64,000 nt of DNA from Prevotellaceae bacterium (GTDB lineage: Bacteria; Bacteroidota; Bacteroidia; Bacteroidales; Bacteroidaceae): positions 30,283-94,282 of the forward strand of contig JAQYDL010000033.1 in assembly GCA_028724165.1 (NCBI GenBank), read 5' to 3'. The notes under the pieces are model-generated. The model made no database searches. It was not told the DNA's origin and saw only the letters and a list, made by a program, of their open reading frames with translations. The translations under genes and the position numbers were made by a program. Of the stretch, positions 1 through 11,611 are shown piece after piece (position 1 is the stretch's first letter; each line of letters opens with the position of its first letter).

Positions 1-321
1 AAGAATCACCATAACCGGAGCTATCATATAAGCCACGCGGTCGGTGTTCTTCAAGAAAATAATTTCCTTTGTAAGCATTTTGAACACATCAGAGAACACC
101 TGCAAAAGTCCCCATTTACCAACACGATTAGGTCCGATACGGCATTGGAAGAATGCACATATTTTGCGTTCAAAATAGATAAGGAATATCGCAAATAGGG
201 CGTAGAGAGTAATTACTATCAACGCCACGGCAACGCACTCCACAAGGATTGCTCCCCATGCGGGAAGCACCGAACGCAAGAGTCCGTCAAACCAATTTGT
301 TATTATACTAAAGTCAAACAT
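1..321 (-). CDS. nuoH: NADH-quinone oxidoreductase subunit H, N-terminal part (runs off the window start)
   Basis: My own translation of the minus strand from the ATG (rc at 319-321) gives MFDFSIITNWFDGLLRSVLPAWGAILVECVAVALIVITLYALFAIFLIYFERKICAFFQCRIGPNRVGKWGLLQVFSD... This is the hydrophobic NuoH/ND1 N-terminus with the R.GPN.VG motif. It lies directly downstream of nuoA-B-CD. Confidence 0.85.
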   Translation of the reverse strand, partial: MFDFSIITNWFDGLLRSVLPAWGAILVECVAVALIVITLYALFAIFLIYFERKICAFFQCRIGPNRVGKWGLLQVFSDVFKMLTKEIIFLKNTDRVAYMIAPVMVIL

Positions 322-345
322 ATCCGTTTTGTATGGTTTAACATG

Positions 346-1923
346 TTAGCGATCGATGTCGGGCACCACATAGTCGAGTGTTCCGCCAATTGAAATGAGA
401 TCGGCGATTTTCTCTCCACGGCAAGCCTCGTCCATTATAGCCACCAACGGAAGTCCTGTGGCACGATAGTGCAAACGATAAGGAGACTTGTCGCCGTGGC
501 TCTCAAGGAACACACCGAAGCGTCCGCGCGAAGCCTCCACAGCATTATAATATGTACCCTCCGGCACTTTTATAATGGGTTTCATCTTTTCGCGATAGTT
601 TCCTTCCGGAATATTGTCTATAAGTTGCTCAATGATTGAAAGACTCTCGAGAATTTCACGCAAACGCACTATGAGACGTGCATAACTGTCGCCGTCTTCA
701 AGCACAATTTCATTGAAATTCACACGGTCGTAAGCTCCATAAGGTTCAAGTTTGCGCACATCGTTGTGCCAACCTGCAGCGCGTCCGCTACCTCCGGTGC
801 AACCATAAGATATAACCTGCTCTTTCGTGAGAGTTCCCACTCCGTCAAGACGATTATGGGCAATCACATTGTCAGCAAAAATATCATAGTATTCCTGAAT
901 GTTCTTACGCATCAGAACAATGAAATCTTTCACACGTTTCTGGAAATTGGGATGCAGGTCATACTGCACGCCGCCAATCATATTGTAGTTTATGATAAGG
1001 CGTCCGCCGCAAGTTTCCTCGAAAATGTCGAGAATCTTCTCGCGATCACGGAAAGCGTAAAGGAATGCCGTGGTCGCACCCAAGTCCTGGCAAAGACAGC
1101 CAAAGAACAGCAAGTGGGAGTCGATACGCTGAAGTTCGTCCATTATGGTACGAATAACTTTTACGCGATCGCTCACTTCAACGCCCATAGCCTGCTCTAT
1201 GCAGGCGCAAAGAGCGTGGCGGCTCTGCTGTGCAGAAATATAATCAAGACGATCTGTGAGCGCAAGAGTCTGAGGATAAGTCATAGACTCGTTGAGTTTC
1301 TCCACACCGCGATGAATATACCCGAGCACGGGGTCAATTCTCTTTATAAGTTCACCGTCCAAAGCCACACGGAAATGCAGCACACCATGAGTAGAAGGAT
1401 GCTGCGGACCGATGTTCACCACATAATCGTCGTCATCAAAAATCACATTTTCCTTAACCTTCAAAGTTCCGTCGGGCAGAAGCTCATATTCCTTTGTGGT
1501 ATCGGCAAGTGGTTCGTTGGTCATATGTTGGGCATCGAAAGGATTCTCCTTTATCGGGTCGTCATCCTTACGCATGGGGTATCCCACCCAATCTTCACGC
1601 AAATAAATGCGGCGCATGTCGGGATGTCCTGCAAAGATTATCCCGTAGAAATCATACACCTCACGCTCATAAATATTGGCAATGTCCCAAAGATCGCTCG
1701 CCGTGGGAATCACAGGATTCACGCGGTCAGTTGTGGAACAGCGCAGATTTTCGCGTTTTCCGGTAGATGTGGAATAAAGCATGTAAACCACGCCGAGACC
1801 ACCCTCTTCTCCCCAGTCCATACCTATGAGATTCTCGAGAAAGTCCATTTTCTCCACATCACGCAAGCGAAGAAGTTCAGCCTTCAGCTGTGAAGGCTCT
1901 ACAGTTCTTATGTCAAGTTTCAT
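346..1923 (-). CDS. nuoCD: NADH-quinone oxidoreductase, fused subunit C/D
   Basis: 525-aa ORF. The N-terminal part is NuoC-like (EREVYDFYGIIFAGHPDMRRI). The C-terminal part is NuoD-like (NIGPQHPSTHGVLHF, LTDRLDY, RATGLP). It overlaps the nuoB stop by 4 nt. Confidence 0.95.
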   Translation of the reverse strand: MKLDIRTVEPSQLKAELLRLRDVEKMDFLENLIGMDWGEEGGLGVVYMLYSTSTGKRENLRCSTTDRVNPVIPTASDLWDIANIYEREVYDFYGIIFAGHPDMRRIYLREDWVGYPMRKDDDPIKENPFDAQHMTNEPLADTTKEYELLPDGTLKVKENVIFDDDDYVVNIGPQHPSTHGVLHFRVALDGELIKRIDPVLGYIHRGVEKLNESMTYPQTLALTDRLDYISAQQSRHALCACIEQAMGVEVSDRVKVIRTIMDELQRIDSHLLFFGCLCQDLGATTAFLYAFRDREKILDIFEETCGGRLIINYNMIGGVQYDLHPNFQKRVKDFIVLMRKNIQEYYDIFADNVIAHNRLDGVGTLTKEQVISYGCTGGSGRAAGWHNDVRKLEPYGAYDRVNFNEIVLEDGDSYARLIVRLREILESLSIIEQLIDNIPEGNYREKMKPIIKVPEGTYYNAVEASRGRFGVFLESHGDKSPYRLHYRATGLPLVAIMDEACRGEKIADLISIGGTLDYVVPDIDR

Positions 1924-2516
1924 GCCTTATCCTCCTTAGGTCTTTTTTGTTTGCGGTTGGTTGTTCCGAAGAAATTCTCAACTTTCACGATGCGCTGCAA
2001 TTGCATCATTCCGTAGAGGAAACTTTCGGGGCGCGGCGGACATCCCGGAACATAAACGTCAACGGGAATCACCTGGTCCACACCCTGCACCACATGATAG
2101 CTCTTAGTAAAAGGACCACCGGAAATAGAGCAGCCGCCAATGGCAACAACATATTTCGGATCGGCCATTTCATCGTAGAGACGCTTCAACACAGGTGCCA
2201 TCTTGGTTGTGATGGTGCCGCACACAAGAATAACATCGGCCTGACGCGGACTGTTGCGCGTTACCTCAAAGCCAAAGCGGGCAATGTCGTAACGAGCGGC
2301 GCACACAGCCATAAACTCGATACCGCAGCAACTTGTGGCAAAAGTCAAAGGCCACAAAGAATTACTGCGTCCCCAGTCTATAAGGTCGTCCAACGGTTTA
2401 ACCAAAACATTAACGCCGCCGGCGTTAAGTTCCGCAACTAATTTCTCGTAAGTCTCGTTGTCCTTGAAATCCTTGTAAGGCACAGACTTGATTTTGGCAC
2501 GTTTTTTTATTTCCAT
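1920..2516 (-). CDS. nuoB: NADH-quinone oxidoreductase subunit B
   Basis: Carries the cluster N2 Cys motifs SCCGIEFMA, GGCSISGGPF and PGCPPRPE. The start is taken at MEIKKRAK (2516). The ORF-track extension to 2627 would overlap nuoA and has no homology-like sequence. Confidence 0.93.
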   Translation of the reverse strand: MEIKKRAKIKSVPYKDFKDNETYEKLVAELNAGGVNVLVKPLDDLIDWGRSNSLWPLTFATSCCGIEFMAVCAARYDIARFGFEVTRNSPRQADVILVCGTITTKMAPVLKRLYDEMADPKYVVAIGGCSISGGPFTKSYHVVQGVDQVIPVDVYVPGCPPRPESFLYGMMQLQRIVKVENFFGTTNRKQKRPKEDKA

Positions 2517-2857
2517 TCCAACGCTCCTTTCCGCCAGGCGTAAGCCAAGCCTAACACTAAGATGAACAAGAAAAACAATACGCTGACTATTCCCACTCCT
2601 CCGAGAGTGCGGAGCACTACCGCCCACGGAAAGAGAAACATCGTTTCTACATCAAACATCAGGAAAAGGATGGCGTAAAGATAATAACCTATACGAAATT
2701 GCATCCACGTCCTTCCGCGTGTGGGAATACCGCATTCGTAAGGCTCTTCCTTCTGGGCATTGTACGACCTCGGAGCGATAAGCACTGCTATCGTAACAAC
2801 CAAAGGCACGAACAACAACCCCGTAAGGGCAGCCGTTACAAGCATGGTGAAGTTCAT
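2507..2857 (-). CDS. nuoA: NADH-quinone oxidoreductase subunit A
   Basis: 116 aa with three TM segments and the YECG motif (EPYECGIP), followed by FDVE. It is the first gene of the nuo operon. Confidence 0.92.
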   Translation of the reverse strand: MNFTMLVTAALTGLLFVPLVVTIAVLIAPRSYNAQKEEPYECGIPTRGRTWMQFRIGYYLYAILFLMFDVETMFLFPWAVVLRTLGGVGIVSVLFFLFILVLGLAYAWRKGALEWK

Positions 2858-2909
2858 TGTAAAGTATATTAATTATTTATTAATTGTGAAAACTAGTTTT
2901 TAGCGGTTG

Positions 2910-2917
2910 CAAAGGTA
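2910..2917 (-). promoter_or_regulatory. Bacteroides-type -7 box (TAccTTTG) for the nuo operon
   Basis: The rc of caaaggta is TACCTTTG, matching the Bacteroidetes sigma-A -7 consensus TAnnTTTG. It lies 53 nt upstream of the nuoA ATG. Confidence 0.55.
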
Positions 2918-3356
2918 ATAATAATCATTAAAAAACACAGCGTTGCCTCCCGTGTTTTTGCACATACCATGTGCCAAACGTTTCCTTTTGCCATAAACCA
3001 CACGACATCCGTCATGTTTTTGATATTTCCGGCTGAAAAGCAACATCCTGCCCGCCGAACAAAAACGACACTCCCTCCCCGCAAAAAGACATCACACGCC
3101 ATTACCCGGCATACACTCCACGATACAAATATGACGAGCAAATTTTTTACCGCAGCAAACACATTTGCCCCGGTAAACGCAACAAACATTCAATTTCTCC
3201 TTGATTTTTCGTACAAATCCGAGTATCGCCATGCACATACAGGCACCCGAAAGCAGACATTATATATATTAATGAGTATGCCCGCTTATCTTCAACCTCG
3301 AAACGCATTATTATCTCGTTATACGAGCAAAAAACCCGACGGTTCGGAGCATTTTT

Positions 3357-3500
3357 AGAGTTTTTGTGAGTTGATGCATATTTGCTTATTGGGAAGCCGA
3401 AAAAATACAAGCCATATATTTTGAAATAAGTGCCTTGTATTTTAAAATATATGGCTTGTATTTTTTGCGATTTCCCTTGTCTTTCGAACTCTTTGATATT
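3357..3500 (-). repeat. Composite palindromic intergenic element, copy 1 (units 3400-3466, arms on both sides)
   Basis: Units are aaaaaatacaagccatatatttt / gaaataagtgccttgtatttt / aaaatatatggcttgtatttttt. The left arm is tttttagagtttttgtgagttgatgc... The right arm is degenerate (gcgatttcccttgtctttcgaactctttg). Confidence 0.85.
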
Positions 3501-3654
3501 TAAGAAGATAAAGAACGCGAAAAATATGGCGCAAAAGGCAGGCGTGAGGCGGTGTTTTTTACGTTTCCCGTCCGATGTTTCTTTGTGTCGGGATTTTATT
3601 GCAAATAATTCGATTTTCTTCAAACCTATGCCGCCAAATGGCGCAGCATTGGCG

Positions 3655-3662
3655 TATCTTTG
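3655..3662 (+). promoter_or_regulatory. -7 box TAtcTTTG upstream of the WYL gene
   Basis: TATCTTTG lies 44 nt upstream of the ATG at 3706. Confidence 0.5.
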
Positions 3663-3705
3663 CCTCAGAAATTTACGCTTGTGATGCGTAGCAAACAGTT
3701 TTACA

Positions 3706-4641
3706 ATGGTTGATAACGACAGAGGGCAGAGCCTGATGAGTAAATACGTGTGGGTGATTGAAACCATTTTTCGTGCCGGAAAGATTTCTTTCAGAGAGTT
3801 GAACGAGAAGTGGCTCAACGCAGACATTTCACGGGGTGTGGACATTCCGAAACGCACTTTCGACAATTGGCGCTGCGCCATTTGGGACGTTTTCGGCATT
3901 GAAATAGCCAACGAAAACCGTGGCGAATACCGATATTACCTTTCCAACGCAGAAGACATAAGCAAAAACGGTATGCGTTCGTGGCTTTACAACTCTTTTT
4001 GCGTTAGCAACACATTAGCCAACAGTCAGAGCATAAAAGATCGCATAGTTTTGGAATACGTTCCCTCGGGTCAGGAATATCTGCAGCCCATTGTTGAAGC
4101 CATGAAAGAGAATCGCGTCCTAAATATCACGTATCACAGTTATTGGAAAGACGAGGAGAACAATTTCGACGTGCAACCTTTCTGTATAAAACTGTTCAGA
4201 CAGCGGTGGTATCTGGTTGCACGAAGCACCTATTCATATTATTATGACCAAGGACCGAGAATTTATGCTCTCGACCGCATTCACAACCTCCACACCAAGG
4301 AAGAAAAGTTCGAATTGCCCAAAGGATGGAATGCAAAGGACTTCTTTGCCGGATGTTTCGGCATTGTTGCGGAACAATCGGTAAGCATTCAGCCCGTAAA
4401 GCTTAAAGTTTCGGCGGGACAGGCTAATTATATTCGCAATTTGCGGCTCCACGAATCGCAGCAAGAGGTTGAGCGCAACGAGGAATACAGCATATTCACA
4501 TATTTTCTGCGTCCCTGTTACGATTTTATTCAGGAAATTCTTTGGAACGGGGAAGACGTTGAAGTTATGGAGCCTTTATGGCTTCGCAAGGCGGTATCGG
4601 ATAAAATAAAAAGGATGTGGAATAAATACAAAGAGGATTAA
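3706..4641 (+). CDS. WYL-domain transcriptional regulator (wHTH-WYL-WCX architecture)
   Basis: The N-terminal part looks like a winged HTH (VIETIFRAGKISFRELNEKW). The central part has the WYL signature (ITYHSYWKD...FDVQPFCIKLFRQRWYLVARS). An alternative start at MSKY is at 3736. Confidence 0.85.
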   Translation: MVDNDRGQSLMSKYVWVIETIFRAGKISFRELNEKWLNADISRGVDIPKRTFDNWRCAIWDVFGIEIANENRGEYRYYLSNAEDISKNGMRSWLYNSFCVSNTLANSQSIKDRIVLEYVPSGQEYLQPIVEAMKENRVLNITYHSYWKDEENNFDVQPFCIKLFRQRWYLVARSTYSYYYDQGPRIYALDRIHNLHTKEEKFELPKGWNAKDFFAGCFGIVAEQSVSIQPVKLKVSAGQANYIRNLRLHESQQEVERNEEYSIFTYFLRPCYDFIQEILWNGEDVEVMEPLWLRKAVSDKIKRMWNKYKED

Positions 4642-4643
4642 GC

Positions 4644-5135
4644 ATGAAAAATTTTGCTGCCATAGATTTTGAAACTGCCAACAACGAACGAAGTTCGGTG
4701 TGCAGTGTCGGCATCGTAATAGTTAAAAACGGCGAGATTGCCGATTCTTTTTATTCCCTCATCCTTCCCGAGCCGAACTATTACAATTATTGGTGCTGCC
4801 AGGTGCATGGTCTCGGACACAACGACACGGATAACGCCCCGATATTCCCGGAAGTTTGGAAACAGATAGAACCTCTTATCAAAGGGTTGCCTCTGGTGGC
4901 TCACAACAAGCTTTTTGACGAAGGGTGTTTGAAGGCTGTTTTCCGCGTTTATCAAATGGAATATCCCGGCTACAGGTTTTACGACACACTGCAGGCATCG
5001 CGGCGCAAACTGCGAGAGCTGCCCAACCACCAACTCCAGACTGTGGCAGAAGCCTGCGTCTACAAATTGGAAAACCATCACCACGCGCTGGCTGACGCAG
5101 AGGCTTGCGCATGGATAGCGAGGGAAATATTGTAA
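4644..5135 (+). CDS. DEDDh-family 3'-5' exonuclease (DnaQ/epsilon-like, single domain)
   Basis: Exo I is AIDFETAN, Exo II is VAHNKLFDEGCL, and Exo III is HHALADAEACA (H-x4-D). The start is 2 nt after the WYL gene stop. Confidence 0.88.
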   Translation: MKNFAAIDFETANNERSSVCSVGIVIVKNGEIADSFYSLILPEPNYYNYWCCQVHGLGHNDTDNAPIFPEVWKQIEPLIKGLPLVAHNKLFDEGCLKAVFRVYQMEYPGYRFYDTLQASRRKLRELPNHQLQTVAEACVYKLENHHHALADAEACAWIAREIL

Positions 5136-5227
5136 ACCGCAAGCCATTGCTTCTATGTGCCAACCGTCTTTCCGATATGCCTTACCCGACAAAAAATGAA
5201 AACAGTCCGCAAGTACACTCCCACCCC

Positions 5228-5743
5228 ATGAACAAAAAAATAATATTCCTTGATTTCGACGGCGTTCTCAACACAGAACATTATCAAAACCTGCTTTACT
5301 ACCAGGGCAAGACAGGTAGCGACAAATACGGCACACTGTTCGACCCCGAAGCAGTGGAACAGTTGAAAAGAATTATAGACGCAACCCATGCCGAAATAGT
5401 CATTGAATCGTCATGGAAGTGTCTCGGTTTGAACTTTCTGCGCGAAATGTGGGAAGCACGAAGCATGCCGGGATGGATAATCGGCATCACGCCGGCGGCG
5501 GCAGGCGACAGCTGGTTACTGTCAGTCGATTTGAACGAAACAGACCCGGCAACAGCTCCCAGCAAAGGCTTGGAAATAGCCTCATGGCTGTCAGACCACG
5601 CTACCCGAAGCACACGATACGTAATAATCGACGATGAGTTTGTGATACTCGAAGCTCAGCGAAAGCACTTTCTCATGACAGATTCATACAACGGCATCAC
5701 CGAAGAATTGGCAAACAGAGCCATTGCCATTCTTAACGGTTAA
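5228..5743 (+). CDS. Small stand-alone HAD-superfamily phosphatase-like protein
   Basis: The start is taken at MNKKIIFLDFDGVLNTEHY, which holds the DxD nucleophile motif. Later motifs are VIESSWK and YVIIDDE. The ORF-track N-terminal extension from 5105 overlaps the exonuclease gene. Confidence 0.75.
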   Translation: MNKKIIFLDFDGVLNTEHYQNLLYYQGKTGSDKYGTLFDPEAVEQLKRIIDATHAEIVIESSWKCLGLNFLREMWEARSMPGWIIGITPAAAGDSWLLSVDLNETDPATAPSKGLEIASWLSDHATRSTRYVIIDDEFVILEAQRKHFLMTDSYNGITEELANRAIAILNG

Positions 5744-5804
5744 AGCCCGCGCCAAGCCCCGAAATTCGTCCGAAAATCCTCCAAAATCTCGCCTTTTACA
5801 ATCT

Positions 5805-5920
5805 TCTTAAAAACAACTACTTATAATCGCGAAAAATACAAGGCACTTATTTTAAAATAAGTGCCTTGTGTTTTAAAATATATGGCTTGTATTTTTTACA
5901 ACAAGCCATGTGTGTTTTTT
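5805..5920 (+). repeat. Composite palindromic intergenic element, copy 2
   Basis: gaaaaatacaaggcacttatttt / aaaataagtgccttgtgtttt / aaaatatatggcttgtatttttt / acaacaagccatgtgtgtttttt. The left flank is atypical (cttaaaaacaactacttat). Confidence 0.85.
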
Positions 5921-6032
5921 CAATGCCCGAAACGGGGCGAAACAGATGCCGTTTTCGTGAAACGAATCGGGCATTAGTTGCTACGCACGGGTTTTTGGGG
6001 GAGTTTGAAACCGATACTTTTGCTTTTTTGTT

Positions 6033-6040
6033 TAACTTTG
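6033..6040 (+). promoter_or_regulatory. -7 box TAacTTTG upstream of the GH2 gene
   Basis: TAACTTTG lies 34 nt upstream of the ATG at 6074. A second candidate, TACTTTTG, is at 6015-6022. Confidence 0.5.
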
Positions 6041-6043
6041 TAG

Positions 6044-9928
<3,885 letters not shown>

Positions 9929-9965
9929 CGAAAGCGTTAAGTCATAAAAACTTATAGAACAAACC

Positions 9966-10014
9966 GCCCTGCCCGATGCTTTGGTTTTAAGCCGCACCGG
10001 GCAGGGTTTTCTTT
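9966..10014 (+). terminator. Probable rho-independent terminator after the GH2 gene
   Basis: Stem ccctgcccg / cgggcaggg with a 22-nt loop, followed by ttttctttt. Confidence 0.5.
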
Positions 10015-10060
10015 TCATCCCGCCGATTTCATAAGTATCCCGCGAAAACGTAGAAAAAAC

Positions 10061-10723
10061 ATGAAAATATCAGAAATCAAAAGCGAACTGCTATCAACAT
10101 TAAAGCCATACGTCTCGAGCCAAGGCTTCAAAGTAAACAAAACACAGTTTTGTCTTAAAAGAGATGACGAAAACAATGAATGCCAATTCTCTTTTGACTA
10201 CAACTCGTGGGGTGATGAAATTCACATATTCCCTTATGTTCAAATAAGAAACAAAAAGATTCATTCCATTTGCGAAACCTGCGATTTTCATCTTAACTAT
10301 ACGGCATTCATAAACCTTTTGGTGCTTAAAAAGATTTACGACGGAACTTTTACAGAGGACACAAAATGGAAAATGCAGTATGACAGACAGGACAGGTTCG
10401 TTATTTTTGACAACAGCGATATGGAAAAAGCCAAAGCAGAGCTTATAAAACTATTGCCTATGGGACTGAAATATTTCCATGACCATGACGACATTTACGC
10501 CATAGACAAAATGTATAACACGCCCCCTTTGAACAAACAAAATCCCAACAGCTCCGGTTTTGACACCCAATGTGTCATAGGCTTAATCTCTGCAAAATTG
10601 GCACACAACGGCAATTATGAGCAAATCAGCAGTTTATACTCAAGCCTCATACAGTCAGAAGACGTGCTGCAAGACACAAGAAACAAGTTTGAACGCATTA
10701 AAAATTTAATCGAAACGCTATAA
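10061..10723 (+). CDS. Hypothetical protein, AT-rich orphan (possibly immunity-protein-like/DUF4304-like)
   Basis: 220-aa ORF that is visibly more AT-rich than its neighbours. It has no signal peptide or TM segment. The N-terminal pattern L..LKPYV.S.GFKVNK..F.LKR resembles small cytoplasmic immunity-type proteins. The family call is tentative. Confidence 0.6.
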   Translation: MKISEIKSELLSTLKPYVSSQGFKVNKTQFCLKRDDENNECQFSFDYNSWGDEIHIFPYVQIRNKKIHSICETCDFHLNYTAFINLLVLKKIYDGTFTEDTKWKMQYDRQDRFVIFDNSDMEKAKAELIKLLPMGLKYFHDHDDIYAIDKMYNTPPLNKQNPNSSGFDTQCVIGLISAKLAHNGNYEQISSLYSSLIQSEDVLQDTRNKFERIKNLIETL

Positions 10724-10967
10724 GCAACCGCAAAAAGGATTCCGCAGGCTTTAATAACCGCCTACGGACTTTTTCAGCATTTTTTGCGGATTTCCCTTCC
10801 TGCTTTTTACGCTACAAGTCCGTCGGGAAAGCCCGCCTTGTGCTTCAGACGGAAATTTCACAAAATATAACCTGCCGCTTTTTTGAGATAACAATTACCG
10901 AGTGTCAAGCCTTCGGACGCAGGTATGCACCGGCAGTAAAATTCACAGGAATTGCGAGAAAAACAAT

Positions 10968-11128
10968 GAGGGTTTGTGAGGGCATTTCGCCTCACCGGAA
11001 AAAGCATAAGGCACTTCGCAAAAAACATAAGCCATATATTTTAAAATACAAGGCACTTATTTTAAAATAAGTGCCTTGTATTTTTCAGTTTTCCAAGAAG
11101 CTGATTAACAGCAACTCACAAAAGCCCT
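10968..11128 (-). repeat. Composite palindromic intergenic element, copy 3 (with inverted arms)
   Basis: Units are at 10998-11085. The left end gagggtttgtgag (10968-10980) is inverted relative to the right end ctcacaaaagccct (11115-11128). Confidence 0.85.
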
Positions 11129-11156
11129 AAAAAAGCCCCTCCCCGTCTCGTTTTTT

Positions 11157-11576
11157 TGCTCGTAAAACACCACGTATTCTTCGCCAAACACACTTTGTTA
11201 CTTGCCAAACAACATTCATTTCTTACCAAACAGACTTAATCCCTCGCAAAACCACATTTTTCAATTATTTACAAAACTACATTCCCCGCAACTCCATCTT
11301 TACCACTCATAATACAGCATTTTTAATTCAACAAACTACATTTACCCAATATCATACTACATTCACCCCTTACACAACTACCTTTATCTATCACAAAGAA
11401 ATATCTATACTTTACCAAACACAATACAACCATTATCCAACAACCCTTACCCATTACGAAACCCACTTCGTCCCACACCCAACTACATTCATCCCTTAAC
11501 CAACTACATTCCTCCTTTACACAACTACCTTTATCCCTTACACAACTACCTTTATCCCTTAACAAACAGACTGCAT
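11157..11576. repeat. Tandem array of twenty 21-nt units, G-depleted on the + strand
   Basis: Hand alignment places a unit every 21 nt from 11157 to 11556 with no indel. Examples are cccttacacaactacctttat (11367 and 11535; 11514 differs at one base), cccttaaccaactacattcct, cccacacccaactacattcat and tacttgccaaacaacattcat. There are about 14 G in 420 nt. Confidence 0.9.
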
Positions 11577-11611
11577 AGTCAACCATTTTCTTCAAAAGGA
11601 CTATGGGCAAC

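Noticed and set aside
1920-2627. N-terminal extensions offered by the ORF track for nuoB (to 2627), the HAD gene (from 5105), GH30 (from 16275), MATE (from 18253), the DUF3256-like gene (from 19125), lpxD (to 31339), alaS (to 36075), argC (to 46380) and argG (to 47731).
   Set aside because: The extensions overlap upstream genes or consist of Arg/Cys-rich junk. Internal Met codons give canonical N-termini (signal peptides, PP-loop and so on).
3147-3911. ORFs that run through the repeat copies: 3147-3911, 3430-3684, 5866-6054, 10840-11070, 18036-18572, 21670-21993, 21864-22391, 23227-23456, 26202-26480, 33282-33494, 37105-37305, 43826-44035, 49215-49634 and 56563-57082.
   Set aside because: Their only shared sequences are translations of the repeat itself: KIQAIYFKIQGTYFKI, MPCILKYMACIFC and YKALILK. 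The frames and strands differ between copies, and the flanking parts are unrelated. They are not genes.
11157-11576. Whether the tandem array or the palindromic units could be a CRISPR array.
   Set aside because: The 21-nt units are contiguous with no spacers. The palindromic units occur as 3-4 adjacent copies only. No cas genes are present.
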